64,000 bases of DNA from Heteronotia binoei (GCF_032191835.1 NC_083236.1:15996001-16060000); one strand, 5' to 3'; counted from the first letter of the stretch, positions 23,947 to 37,540 are shown. Made by a program: numbers and translations. Notes: generated from the sequence alone by a model not told the origin.

Positions 23947-26900
23947 TCAAAGCTTCCACTGAATGTCCACTCTCCTTTCTTCCTTCGCCCATTTCAGATA
24001 CATCAGCCACTTTTCTTTAATTCTTGATCTTCTTTCTTCCCATGATTCTTCTTGCACCATTATAGCGGCTATATCTGACTGGACAAAATCAAAGAGGTAG
24101 TTATGCCAAGTACTTTCTTTCCATTTACTTTTATCCTTCCATCCTGCCGCTATTACCGCTTTACCCGCTGATATAATTGCTTTTAGTAAATGTTGGTTGT
24201 TTTCCCCTGTTTTTTCATTCCCTAATAAACTCATCTGCATTAGTTCAAAGTTAATTCTCGGCTCTACCTGAAAGAATTTCTTTATCATTCCCACTACCAT
24301 ATCCCATAGTTTCTTGGCCTCAGGACACTCCCACCACATGTGGGAATACCATCCCTTTTCTTTCTTACAGTGCCAACACTTAGGACTCAACCCAGGAAAC
24401 ATATTGGCTAAAGTAGCCGGAGTTCTATACCATTTGGTGAAAAATTTCAATTCCATTTCTCTAACCTTATGTATCTTAACTTTTTTTAAACCTTCCATTA
24501 TCTTCTCCCCTGTTCGTTTCGTTATTTGGCCTTCTAAACTCCATGACCGTTGAAGGTAGCTTATTGCTCCTTCGTTACCTAAATTCATGCTCCTGTATAG
24601 GATGCCTGCTAATCCTTTTTTTGTTTTACCCATTAATTTATAAAACTTTTCCATAGGTTCTTCTTCATTTAAGTTACTCTTCTCCACTTCCTTCTTAACT
24701 TGTGGCCTTAAGCCAGTATTGTATTCCTACGACTTCTTGAAATTCATGTAATGGTTTTAACTTATCTAGTATTAACAAATCTTCTACCCTTCTAAATCCT
24801 TTAGCCTTAAGTAGTTCGCTCCACCTATGCTCCTTGTCTCCTTCCATCAACACTTCTAATGGCGTCCATCTAGATACCCGATTCAGCCATTTTGGTTGCC
24901 ATTTCTTCCAAACATTTAGCCCATTTTTCCTTGGTCCCACGTTTAAATTAAGTTCCTTCGCCCCCATGTTCATAAAGATGCCATGTTTTCCTACCCCATT
25001 ATTAGCTTCATTCTCAAACCTTATCCATTTCTGGTCCCCTTCCTTCTCTATTTCTAATAATGCTTTAAGCTGAAATGCTTCATAATAATTGACTATATCT
25101 GGGACTCCCCATCCAAGTTCTGATTTATGATTGTATGCCAATTTTTTTGGAAATCTAAGTTTCCTACTACCAAATATCCATTCCCTTATTTTAGTGTTCC
25201 AGTTAGTCATTTTTTGCTTATCTAACTCTAGTGGTATCATTTGAAAAAGGTACGACAACCTTGGCATCCAAAACATCAATACACTCTTTATTCTAGTGGT
25301 CAGGCTCATCGTCCTTTTCCCCCACTGCTGCATATCCCTCTCTATTTTCTCCCAGATTTTATTATAATTTCCCTCCACTATCCTGTTGATATTTTTATAA
25401 ATTTCTATCCCTAGATATTTAAATTTCTTAACTCCCATCCCCATATTAGTTATCCTATTAATCTCTTTCCTTTCTTCCAAACCAACATTAAAGTACATTA
25501 TTTCAGACTTTCCCATATTTATCCTTAAGCCTGATACTGCTTCAAAATCTTCTAAAATAATTTTCGTTTCCCTAATGGCTTCTTTCGGGTTAGATATTGT
25601 CTTGATTATGTCATCTGCAAATAAATTGATTTTTATTTCCTCCTTTCCTATTCTACAGCCTTCTATTCTCCCTGAATTCCTAATCCTTTCTGCTAGTTGC
25701 TCTATCGCCATTATAAACAGGGATGGGGAAAGTGGACACCCCTGCCTCACACCTCTCTCAATTGGGAGCTGATCCGTATGTTCGTTGTTTACTCTTACCA
25801 CTGCTGACCCCTCCCTATAGACCTCTTGAATGGCTTTTAAGAATAGTGGGCCAATCCCACACTTCTTCATTATGGACCATAAGAATTCATGGGACAGCAT
25901 GTCAAATGCCTTGTATACATCTAATTTAAGTAAAGCAAGTTGCCCAGAACGTTTATGGTACAACACATTAAGTATATTCCTTATAGGATGTGCAATACTC
26001 CTATTCTTTACAAAGCCATATTGATCCTCTTTTATTATATGAGGTAATATGTTCCTTAACCTTATGTTCCTTAAGTTTGCTAAAACTTTAGCGAAAATTT
26101 TGTAGTCCTGGTTAAGTAAACTTATTGGTCTATATGAACCCACTTCCCGAGGATCCTTCTGGGGTTTTAATATTACGGTTATTTCAGCCATTCTCCAAGA
26201 GTCGGGAGCTTTCCCTCCCTTCAATATAGCATTAAACACTTGTTGTAATTCGGGGATCAGTAACTCCTTCATCTCCTTATAAAAATCCACAGTAAAGCCG
26301 TCAGGCCCTGGGGATTTACCCACTTTTAAATTGTTCACAACTTCCTCTATTTCTTGAACTGTTATTTCCTTCTCCAAACTCTCTCTATCTGTATCTCCCA
26401 ACACTTCTCCACTTTCTTCAATATGTTCTGTTATATCCCTCCTAGTGTATAACTCTTTGTAGAATTCTTGAAACACTTGCCTAATTTCTCTCGGGTTCTG
26501 CGTGACCTTTCCTTGTCTCTTAATACTTTCCACCTTTTGCTTTTCTTTCCTAGTCTTGAGATAATTAGCCAATCTCCTAACGGAGTTTATTGAATCTCTT
26601 TGAAACTCATTTCTTACCATGGTTTGTTTTTTCCATAATGCCCTCGAATCCATAAAGTCCAATTGTTTCCTAATTTCATCGATCTTTTTTTTCCTATCAG
26701 GGCAGAATCTAATACCTTGACTGCTCTGCAGTGCGCCTAATTCCTGAAGTTTCTGTGTCTTGTTAGCATACCATTCTTTTTTTATTTCTTTCTCCTTCAT
26801 CATACAATGACCTCTTAACACTGCTTTTGCTGCTTCCCACAAGATATTTGTGGCCACTGTTCCCTTATTTTCTCTAAAATATTGTTTTACTTGATTTTCC

Positions 26901-27634
26901 ATATATTGTCTATTTTCTTTTTTTAATAAGACCATACTGTTAAATCTCCAAGTCCTTCTAATTTGTTCATTTTTTATCACCAGTTCTATATTTAGTGGAG
27001 CATGATCTGAGATCCATATTGGATGGGTTGTTACTTTCCTCAACTCCCAATTATTTGATTTTTTAAGAAATATATAATCTATACAAGAAGCTGTCTTGTG
27101 TCTACTTGATAAATGTGTCGGCTTTGGAACCAAGCCTAAGGCCTCATGTGCTTCTACCAAATTCCTTTTCCACCTGACCTCCTTCTCCTTGGTCATATCT
27201 ATGTTAAAGTCTCCTGCTATAATAACTTCTCCCTCTGAGAATTTCTGAACCTTTTGCATAACTTTATTCAAAAATCTCCTCTGTCCTGTATTTGGGGCAT
27301 ATATATTTATAAGCGTTATTACTCTATTTTGAAACCTACCTTTGATAAACAAATATCTCCCTTCCCTATCACTAATGAGATCTAGTATCCTAATATCTAT
27401 CCTTGTGTGAACTAAAATTCTCGTCTTAGTTCTACTTCTTGCTTCAGCCAATACTTTCCATCCTGGGTGTTTAATCAACGGTTTAATATCATCCTTTGCC
27501 TTATGTATTTCCTGTAAATACACGATATCTATATTGTGTTGTTTTGCCATTCTTGTTAATCTATATCTTTTCAGGTCTGAACTTAGTCCGTTGACATTCA
27601 GTGAGAGCATTTTCAAAGTTTTAGCCATAATCAT
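23947..27634 (-). pseudogene. L1 ORF2 (APE endonuclease, reverse transcriptase, C-terminal CCHC) with one frameshift
   Basis: LSLNVNGL, IYAPN, GDFN, IDYIF, SDH (APE). KSPGPDG, YRPISLLN, GVRQGCPLSP, LFADD (RT). CWHC...HMWWEC in the shifted frame 23947-24687. Frameshift near 24700-24715. In-frame 12-nt duplication at 26048-26074. Confidence 0.92.
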
Positions 27635-27942
27635 TCACCTCCCTTCCCTTCCCTGGCTGGATAACAAAGTCTATTCTGCCTCTCCCCTTTCTCCCTTCCC
27701 CCCTCCCACACCCTTTCCTCCCACTCTTCCACATCATCCCCCCTCCCCTCTTCTGGTATAGGGCTCACTTTTGGGTTGATCCCTCCACCCTCCCTATACC
27801 TTCGGGTGGGCACACCTCCCCCCCCTCCTGGATCTTTTATTATTTCCTTCCTTCACTTAAGACCGTGATATTCCCTCCCTCTTATTTGTGGGGTACTTCC
27901 CTTTTTTTGGGGGGGGGGAGTTCCTCCTTTTCCTTGAACATC

Positions 27943-28749
27943 TTATAGTCTCGTCCTCTGTCGTTTCTCCTGACGTGTAGAAGGCCCCTCCTCTGGTTCG
28001 TCGACATTAAGCTCTTCCTCTGGTTGAGTTCCTGTTTCTCCTGGGTCCAGACCCATCTTCTCCAAGAGTTTCCTTGCTTCAGCTGGGTTCCTTGCTGTGA
28101 GTCTTTTGCCTTCTTTGTAGATCACAATAGTGGCTGGGTAAGCCCATGTAAACAAGATCTTGTTCTGAAAGAGTTTATCTGCAAATGGCTTCATTTGTCT
28201 TTTTTCTTCCAGTGTTTCACTGCAAAAGTCTTGTCTCACATATACCCTTTTCCCTTTAAATTCCAGTGCCCTCTTCTTCTTCAAAGCCAAAAAGACTTGC
28301 TGCTGCACTTTTTCTCTTGTAAATTTGACTATCACTGGTCTCGGAGATCCTCCTGACCTTCTAGACCTAAGCCTATGGACTCTCTCGACCTGGTCAGCAT
28401 TAATCATAACACCTGTTTGCTGTTCTGAGAGCCAATTTATTATCCCGTCTTCCAAGTGTCGTGAGTCAATGTCTTCTGAAATACCATGAATGATAAGGTT
28501 TGCCCTTCTTGCTCTGTCAGAGAGGCTTTTAATCTGCTCCTTTAAATAAACTATCTCCTTCCGATTTGTTGACGCTGCCTTATCAGCCTTGTTGGCCAGC
28601 TGCCTAATATCTTGCAGATCCTTGTTTATCTGGCTAACCTCATTATTAATTTTAGCAACAGTCTCCTCTATTTTGTTCTAAGACTGCATCATTAAAGCTT
28701 GAAACTGTGCTATCTGTTCGGAAAGCTGTTTCACTGTAGTGGCAGCCAT
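27943..28749 (-). pseudogene. L1 ORF1 (coiled coil, RRM, CTD) with premature stop
   Basis: ATG at 28749 (MAATTVKQ...) and in-frame TAG at codon 24 (28680-28678). Frame then stays open through RRANLIIHG, VERVHR, PRPVIVKF and VRQDF to 27943. Confidence 0.85.
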
Positions 28750-29980
28750 TTTAACGGTGCTAATCACTGCCTCCAGTTCTTATCTGTTTTCCAAAATACT
28801 CCCTTTTTCTCAGTGCTAGCTGTCTTCTGAGCACGCCTTTAACTTCTTTGACTCTCTAGCTTCACTGCCAAATATTATGACCCCAAAACTTCAATATTTA
28901 CTTATCTTTCGGTCCTAATCTCTTTTCTTGTCCGGAGAGGGGTGAGCCGAGGCTGTTTCTCTTCAGAGCGTGCGCATTTCCACCCCATGTTGACCCCATT
29001 CCAAGCTGGACTCAATATGAAGGACTGAGTTCCAGGCAGAGACTGAAAAAGTCATTTGCAATTTACGGTACCACAAGGAGGCATGATGGCCCTAGCCAAT
29101 GACTTCATTTTCTGGTAAGTAGCATCCCAAGTGGTAAATTCTCTAGTCTTCTAGAGGGGTGAGGACCTGCAAGCCCGGTAGGAGCCAGAGACAAGCAGCA
29201 TAGGTAAAGTCAAGCAAAGATCAAGTTCTCAAATGAATAAAGAGTAGACCCTGATGTTGGGGTCTTATAAAGCCAGTTGGCGCTGTGTTGGATCCGTGGG
29301 TCTCCTGGTCAGATACTGCCTCAGCTGGTGGGGCTTTTTATGGTGGGGCTTTTTATGTCATATAGGTGGCATCTCTGAGCTCCGTTATGGAGCAGATTGA
29401 AATAAACTCAAGCTCAGTTCATATAAAACAGAATTTACATTAGTGTGGTCCTTGGCAAATTAATTAGATGGCAAAAATATTAAACTCTCCCTGACTGATC
29501 AGGTTCACGCTAAGGAGAGAGATATTTTAGATTCTGATTAACTCCTGAGGGGCAGGGAGATGCCTTTCAGCTTTAAGTCATTTGGCAGCTCCACCCTTTT
29601 TGGAAGATCATGTCTTTCAGTCACTGAGGCCCATATCCTAGGGACCTCTGGGTCATTATAATTTACTCTATGAAGATATTCCAGAAGCTTCAGCTAATGT
29701 TAAGTGGCATAGTTTGGTGGCATTTGGGGAAATAATGAGCTGAAATCTTCAGACCCGCTCCACTGACAGTAGCACATTTTCTATGCGCAGGCCCCTTTCC
29801 TGATACAAAAATCAGTTGGAAGTGAAGTAAGGCACCACCATTAGTGCAACAGACATGTGGGATCCAACCTCATGTAACTCCAGTTCTTAAACAGCTACCC
29901 TAGCTATCAATTCATCTCTAAGTGAAATTTAAAGTGTTGTCTTTAGCCTTTAAGACTATATGCAATCTGGACCTTGCATA

Positions 29981-30204
29981 TAGGTCTGGCACCATTGGGT
30001 TGGGGAAATCCTGAAGATTGAGGATGGAGCCTGAGGAGGGCAGGGTTTGTGGGGGTGGGGGGTGAAGGACCTCAGTGGGCTATAAAGTGGTAGAGTCCAC
30101 CTTCCAAAGCAGGCTTTTTTACCAGGGAAATTTATCTTTGTAACCTGGACATCAACAGTAATCACAGGAGCTCTCCAGCAACCACCTGGACAATGGCACC
30201 TTTA
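29981..30204. mobile_element. Degenerate hAT-like MITE (TAGGGTTGCCA-type ends)
   Basis: Ends TAGGTCTGGCA / TGGCACCTTTA and internal GGAGCCTGAGGAGGGCAGGGTTTG recalled from a squamate MITE family. Not database-verified. Confidence 0.45.
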
Positions 30205-31590
30205 CCAACATATCTCAGGAGTGCCTGCTCCAATATAATTACCTGCCTTGGGATTTAAGACCTGTTGAGAAGGACCTGCTGCTACCTGTATCTGATGGAG
30301 AGGCTGAACTGACCTCTAGGCAAAGTAGGGCCTTCTCATTGCTCCAGGGCTTTCTGTACCTTTGTTTCAAAGGCAATTAGCCTTCAGTTAATATTTCTTT
30401 GGCCTAAGTTCCCTGGGTTTGTTTTGAGACACTAAGCTCTATGTTCTGTTAATACTGAAATATAGCAGGAATCCAGAGATGTCTGGGGGACAGGTGAGCT
30501 TAAATAGTTCCTTGGTGTAAACTTTTGACCCTAGGACACAATGGTGTGGTAAGACAGGGACTTCTTGATGCCCTCAATATCAAGTACATCTGCTGTTTCA
30601 AAATAAGGATCTGAGTTATTATGTGCCAGCACTGATATCAGTTGTCTCAAGGATGGCCAAAGGTTTAACTCTGGCATTTTGCTTCCTTAGTTCCTTGAAT
30701 CTGTTACCACTGACTGAAATTATATGGCAGCCGTACTTTCAAACTAGGGACCAAGACTGGTTATTAAATGGGAGCTGAAGGAGAACCAGAGTAAATGGGT
30801 GGGAGGTAAGCAAAAACAGATCTCAAGTAATGAGGACTTCAGGCATGCAACTGCATGAAAGCAGCTCTTCTGCCAGGTTATTCCATACAACTGAGGGCTG
30901 TACATGAAAGATGCAACAGTGTTGGGGTTGCATGTTAACCATGTGATCTGTGCACCACTCACAGTGCACAATTCACACACTGGGCTAGGTTGCATGGAAC
31001 TGTATCATGAATAAACAGCTCCCAAGTAGCTGTGATTGATATGGAGGACTTCACTGAGAGAAATAGATCTGTGAGAACATACAGGTGCCTAATTAGAGCA
31101 CATTGGAGATTCATAAGGAAATGAAGGAGATTAGTGGAGGGTGGAATCTGCAGAAACAAGGAGGAAGAGAAGGCCGATGCAAGTGAAAAGGTACTGAAAA
31201 GAGCTGAATTGTGTGTAACAATTCATAAGAACACACCATGCTCATTACTATGCATTTTAAAGGCTTATATTAAATATTCTTAGATTAACAAAAAGGCAAC
31301 TGACTTGTGAATTTAAAAATGAAGATGCGTAAGAGAAAAAAAAATGTCTGCTGCCAACCTTCCAAAGGAGAAATGTTCTTAGCAAGTAGCTACAGAAGGC
31401 TAAATAGTCAAGATATATATGCAATAATGTTTCTATTTCCTTTGCAGGGAAACATCTTAAACTTTTTAAAAGATCAATCTGGTGATGTTGTTTGCTTGGA
31501 ATTTTCTTGGGTACAAATAAGATATTTTAAATAAGTAAAATTAAAGTTTCCTAGTAACAAATATGTGTTTAATATTCCAAATGGGATTTT

Positions 31591-31632
31591 TCAAGTTTCC
31601 GCTTGAGCCCCATGGTGTCGCTGTTCACCAAC
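31591..31632 (+). promoter_or_regulatory. CSE/CTCF-type site, gene 4
   Basis: GGTGTCGCTGTTCACCAAC with CGCT at 31619, 191 bp before the ATG. Upstream module degenerate (TCAAGTT). Confidence 0.87.
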
Positions 31633-31809
31633 AACAAAGAGAACTGAAATATCCAGCAGACCTGCTTTTCTTTTTTTCTTTTTCACAACCAGCAAAAAAA
31701 AGCTGAGAAGACACACTGTGAAACGGAGGGGCATTTGCTTAGGAAACATTTAGATGCAAGTTTTGTGGAGCCAAAACAGTCATTTGGGCTATTATCTTGC
31801 TTAAGGAGA

Positions 31810-34233
31810 ATGCAAAAGAATCAACAACTGTGGAGCTATAAAGGAGGAATCCTGCAATGCCTTCTTATGGTGTACGTTTGGAAGGCAGTCTCTGCACAGA
31901 TCCGCTATTCCATTCCAGAGGAGATGCAGAAAGGATCTTTTGTGGGGAATGTTGCAAAAGACCTGGGAATGGACAGGAGACAACTTTCCAACCTTGGACT
32001 CCGCATTGTCCCCACGATAGGTAGGATTCAGTATTTTGCTTTCAATGTCAACAATGGCCATTTACAAATCTCAGAGAGAATAGACCGAGAGGAAATCTGT
32101 GGTGAGGTAGATAAATGCATCTTAAAGTTTCAGCTTATTATTGAAAGCAAATTAGAGCTGTTTGGAGTTGAAGTGGAAATTACAGATATAAATGATAATG
32201 CCCCCCAGTTCCTGCCAATGGAATGGAAATTGAAAATCAGTGAGACTGCGACCCTTGGAGACCGACTCCTTCTACCCAAAGCTCAAGATCAAGATCTGGG
32301 TATAAATTCAATACAGAACTACCGGCTAGCAGGCAGCAGCCATTTTTCTTTGGATGTGCAAATGGAAGAAAATGGCATTAAGTATGCAGAACTGGTATTG
32401 GAAAAAATTCTGGACAGGGAAGAGCAACCAGTTCATGACCTCATCCTCACAGCTACTGATGGGGGCGATCCAGTGAGATCTGGCACTACTCAAATCCAAG
32501 TCATAGTTCTAGATGCAAATGACAATGCACCAGTTTTCAGCCAGCCAGTCTACGAAGCAACTGTCATGGAGAATATTCCTAAAGGATCTACCATCTGTAC
32601 AGTACAAGCTACAGATCAGGATGAGGGAATCAATAGGGAGATCAAATACTCCTTTCAAAAAATCACAGATAAGTATTCCAAAATTTTTCTATTGAATTCC
32701 ACAACAGGAGAAATAATCCTAAAAGATTCCCTGGACTATGAAGCAGCATCCTTATACCAGCTTGAAGTGCAGGCCACTGATGGGGGAGGACTGAGTGATA
32801 TGTCAAAAATTTTGATCTCTGTTATAGATTTGAATGATAACACACCAGAATTATCAGTGACTTTTGTAGTCAGTTCAATCCCTGAGAACTCGCCAGCTGG
32901 AACAGTTATTGCTATTTTAAATGTACAAGACAGAGATTCAGGACTCAATGGGGAAATTAATTGTTTCATTCCTAACAACTTTCCCTTTCAACTTAAGAAA
33001 TCAATAGACAATTTTTACTCCTTAATGACAGACAGAGCTCTTGACAGGGAACAGGTGCCATCTTACAATATTACTGTTACAGCTACTGATCATGGTACTC
33101 CACCACTCCTTACATCTACTGTTGTTTCACTCCAAGTGCAAGACACAAATGACAACCCTCCCCTCTTTACAGAATCAAGCTATACATCTTTTGTCATAGA
33201 AAATAATCTGAGAGGAGCTTTGATCTTTACTTTAAAAGCCAATGACCCCGACTGGGAAGAAAATGCCAGAATAACATATTCCATCGTGGAAGGAGTCATG
33301 AAAATTCCCCCTCTGTCTTCTTACTTATCTATTAATTCTGAATCAGGGGCAGTCTACGCTCTGAATTCTTTTGATTATGAAGAATTCCAAGAGGTTCAGT
33401 TCCTGATCAGGGCCCAAGATGGTGGATCCCCACCACTCAGCTCCAGTGTCTCAGTGACTCTCTTTATCCTCGATCAGAATGACAATGCTCCAGAAATCTT
33501 GTACCCTTCTCCTCCCACTGATGGTTCCACTGGGATAGAGCTGGCCCCTCGCTCCTCTGAGCCTGGATATCTGGTTACTAAGGTGGTGGCGGTGGATGTA
33601 GACTCAGGCCAGAATGGCTGGCTCTCCTATCAGCTACTGAAGGCCACAGAGCCAGGGCTTTTCATCATAGGACTCCACACTGGAGAGATCAGGACAGCCC
33701 GTTTCTTTCTGGACAAGGATGCTCTCAAGCAAAGCCTGGTGGTTTTAGTGAAGGACAATGGGCAGCCCCCTCTCTCTGCCTCGGTCACGGTCACGGTGGT
33801 GCTGGCCGACAGCATCCCTGAAAGCCTCTCTGATATTAGCAGCATCTCAGCTCCTGTAGATTCCCAGTCAGACCTCACCTTCTACCTGGTGGTTGCTGTG
33901 GCTTTTGTCTCCTGCTTGTTTTTCACCTTCCTTCTTGTGTTGCTGGCACTCAGACTTCACAGATGGAGGAATTCTCAGTTGTGTAATTCTGGGAGTATGA
34001 ATTTTACTGGAGTCCCAGTTTCACAGTTTGTGGGGATTGATGGAGTCCGAGCATTTCTTCACTCTTATTGTCAAGAGTTTTCTCTCACTACAGACTCTAG
34101 GAAAAGCCGCTTCAACATTTCCAAAACAAATAATTCTGATACATTGCCTAATCAGTTGACTGACGAAGTTAAAGATCCTATCCAAGCTTCTGAAGATTTA
34201 AATTTGAATAATGGGGATCTAATCATAATCCAG
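31810..34233 (+). CDS. PCDHGA: Protocadherin gamma A-type variable exon (gene 4)
   Basis: 808 codons from MQKNQQLW, which aligns with MEEKQRLW of gene 3. Phase-0 donor CAG|GTGAGC. GammaA-type tail. Confidence 0.95.
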
Positions 34234-34352
34234 GTGAGCTAAATTTTTTAGATTTGCAAGATTTTCATTTTTCTTCCATATGTGTTAATTTCAATAGCTG
34301 TTTCCCTTCAGTCTTTGCTGTCTGATGATTAGCAAAATGATCTCATTATTAT

Positions 34353-34724
34353 TGTATTTATTTATTTACATTAGACTTTTATCCTTCCCTCTCCTCAAGC
34401 GGACTCAGGGCGGCTTACAACAGTTGTTTACACGATTTAAAACAATAAGTCAATAAAATCTATAAAACATTAATACAATTAAAATTTAAAAACTATTCCA
34501 CGGTGCTGTGCCATTACTATATTGGCGGTTCTGCTTTTCAGGCGGTTGGTCACCGGAAATTCTAGCTGATGTCAGGTGGCAGCTCTCTCTCAGTTTAAAC
34601 ATCGAAGGCTTGTCGAAACAATTCAGTCTTACAGGCCCTGCGGAATGTAGGAAGGTCCCACAGGGCCCTCATGGCCTCTGGGAGAGCATTCCCTAACTCT
34701 GGTGCTGCCACCGAGAAGGCCCTG
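34353..34724 (-). mobile_element. 5'-truncated L2 with ~21-bp TSD
   Basis: GCAAAATGATCTCATTATTAT at 34332-34352 and 34725-34745. Minus strand begins ARAFSVAAP-coding sequence and ends in the L2 tail. Confidence 0.85.
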
Positions 34725-35318
34725 GCAAAATGATCTCATTATTATATCTTTCTCTAGCCTTTTCTTAACTCCTTTTGCATTTGTTGGGCTCTATTTTCTT
34801 TTACTTGTCACTCGATATATTGAAAGAGGGACTTTAAAAAAATTGTTCCTTTTTATGTTAGGTATGTAACATCCCCTAAATTTGATCTCGTTTTGACTGT
34901 GTTAAATTTGTGTTAGGATTGTAGCAGTTTAGCCTGCAGAATGAGTACTTCGTTGAGGAAATACTCCTTGTTATTAAAATAAAAGTTTCAACATAAATAT
35001 GAACATAAGAATAAAAACATAATAACTACCATAAATTATGAACAATAAAGAATATTATCTCAACTGTGTGCACATTCTACAAACTTTCTTACTGATGTTA
35101 GATTTCCTATATAGAGAATTAGTCACCAATCTGGGGAGATCTAACCCACAAACGCATTTCTAATTCAGTGACAGGTTACAGTTTAATCTCCCCCCACCCC
35201 ACTCAGTCTATCAGTATGTCCTTTAATTTAGGTAATTATGTGGCAAAGTGGGCTAGGGAAAAAAATTGTTGGCTACTAAATACAGTGGATTTCTTTATGA
35301 GGATTTACCTTACAAGGA

Positions 35319-35621
35319 TATGTAGCCCCATGGCGCAGAGTGGTAAGCTGCAGTATTGCAGTCCAAGCTCTGCTCATGACCTGAGTTCAATCCCAGCGGA
35401 AGCAGGGTTCAGGTAGCTGGCTCAAGGTTGACTCAGCCTTCCACCCTTCCAAGATCGGTAAAATGAGTACCCAGCTTGCTGGGGGGAAAGTGTAGATGAC
35501 TGGGAAGGCAATGGCAAACCACCCTGTAAAAAGTCTGCCATGAAAACATCGTGATACAATGTTACCCCAGAATCGGAAATGACTGGTGTTTGCACAGGGG
35601 ACTACCTTTACCTTTTTTTTT
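35319..35621 (+). mobile_element. Sauria SINE (Squam1-type) with BovB-related tail
   Basis: TGGCGCAGAGTGG A box, GAGTTCAATCC B box, GCTCAAGGTTGACTCAGCCTTCCA body, AAGGCAATGGCAAACCACC BovB-like segment, (ACCTTT)n tail. 11-bp TSD CCTTACAAGGA (35308-35318, 35622-35632). Confidence 0.88.
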
Positions 35622-36368
35622 CCTTACAAGGACTTCTCCCATACTAGGCTTTCCCTCCCACTTCTACGAACTCCCTTCATGTTTATATTCTCATTGTGAC
35701 ACAGTAAGCCGATCCTTATTGCCAAGTATCAAAAGTAATTATTGGATTGTGTGTAGGCACTTGCTCCTCTACTGCCCACTTTAAAAACTGTGTGCCTCAG
35801 ATGTTCTGCAGGGAGTTCCATGGACATGGTAGTCTGATCTGCATGATTCTTCTCTCTCAAAACAAATGGATAAATGCTTTATGTCTTGGGTCCTCATAGG
35901 ACCAAGGTTCCACTTTGAATGCCTGTTCTCATGTTTCCTTCCATGCATGGTGAGGGAGAAGGACAGGTATTGACCTCCCCAACACAGAGACGCACAAACT
36001 CCACCTTACTGTTGTGTGAACTGGAGTACAGTGAATGTTCTATGGAAATGAGGGCAGCATTTTATCAGCTAAATCTTGTCCAGTGGAGCTTTTCATGATA
36101 CATGTTGCATTTTTTTCCAGCACTTGGGAAAGAAAGATTGCCTTCCCCTCGATCTGTAGGTACAAATGGGCAGCAGTGGATCCTTGAGCTTTTTGTTGAA
36201 TGAATCAGCCAATTTTGATACTGTCTTGTTCAACCATTTGGAGCAATAATTTGATGTGTCAGAATCTATTTTGTGGTGGTTTGGATCTTTTGTGTCACAT
36301 GAGTAGCAGAGTGATTCCACTGGGTATTTCAGATTCTCACCCTGGAGATTCTGCTGTAGAATATTCTT

Positions 36369-36745
36369 GGATCCATGCTATCCCCTGTGCTGTAGAAAAG
36401 AGCAAGAGTTCAGTAGCACCTTAAAGACTACCAAGGTTTGTGCCAGGGTATGAACTTTTGTGAGTCACTGTTCATTTTTTTCAGATAAAGCTAGAATGTG
36501 AGTCCATTGAGTGATTTCAGATGCCAGATGATACTAGTAGGCGAATGACAATAGCAGGGATGATTGCCTTAGGTGTGGTATGCAGAGGGGTAGTAAACAT
36601 GGACAAATCAGCATTGGTAATGAGACAGGAAACCTAAGTCTTGACTCAGTTCAGGAGGATGTATTGTCTTGAGCTTCATTATCAGTTGCAATTCAGCAGT
36701 CTTTCTAATCTCCCTTTGAAATTTCTTTGTAATAGAACTGCTGTG
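36369..36745 (-). mobile_element. Penelope-like element 3' fragment (GIY-YIG C-terminus plus pLTR)
   Basis: Minus strand encodes ...AVLLQRNFKGRLE/TAELQLIMKLKTIHPPELSQDLGFLSHYQC*. This is followed by the pLTR motif AGTCTTTAAGGTGCTACTGAACTC and a decayed hammerhead-like core. Confidence 0.7.
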
Positions 36746-37129
36746 CTGTTTAATGTCTGCACAGGTAATAGGGTTGCACTACACAAAATGGTTTTACAAA
36801 CTTGCTTGGATAAAATGATTAAAGACTGTGGACTATACTTTGCTTATTGTAAGCAGGAGCCTATTTGTGTAATTCTTGTATTGCTTAATGTGGCATGTTA
36901 ATACTTATGCTATAATGTTTTCTCTGATGGTTCCAGACTTCTAAAATCTGAATGCATCGGTTATTGAATGCCCTATTTTTGTGATTGCACTGGCTAAGTG
37001 ACAAAGCCATTTCTCAGTCATTTCTGTGACAAAGGCAGACTATAAATAATGTAAATAAATAAATAAATGACACAATTGAATTAAATTATTCAGATATATT
37101 TGTCTTCAGCTAAACAATGAGGTGACTCT

Positions 37130-37540
37130 CATAACAGTTCAGTGCTTGGAAACAATGGCTGAATGATGAAGGGAAGCAATCTAAAATTTAATCCAGACAA
37201 GATGGGGTAGGGTTGCTGCTAGTGGGAAAGTTGATGTTAAGGATGGATTTGATGTTATGGACTGATTTGCCTACATTAGCTTAAAAGTCTAGACCCAGAT
37301 TTTTTTTCCTTGAAGGTCAAGTTGGCACAGTTTCTAGGAGTACTTTCTGTCTCTTAGGACATTTTCTGCCCTCTTGGACTGGTTGACTCTGATCCACATT
37401 TCTATAATGTCTGGGATGATTTCTGTTATGTACTCTATATGGGGCTGCTTTTGAATGAAACTTGGAAACTTCAGTTGGTACAAAATGCCACAGCTAATTT
37501 GATAACAGGTTTGGTTACTCATGCAAGAGGGAAACGTGTG
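37130..37540 (+). mobile_element. Old L2 ORF2 fragment
   Basis: Remnant LETMAE.MKGSNLKFNPDKM and ...LQLVQNA motifs. Confidence 0.5.

Larger units (their letters stand above)
23807..28985 (-). mobile_element. Full-length L1-clade LINE (5179 bp), inactivated
   Basis: 17-bp TSD CATGTTGACCCCATTCC at 23790-23806 and 28986-29002. A8 tail 23807-23814 and AATAAA 23827-23832 (minus). 5'UTR 28750-28985, ORF1, ~300-bp spacer, ORF2. Insertion site reads TT/GGAA on the minus strand. Confidence 0.95.
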
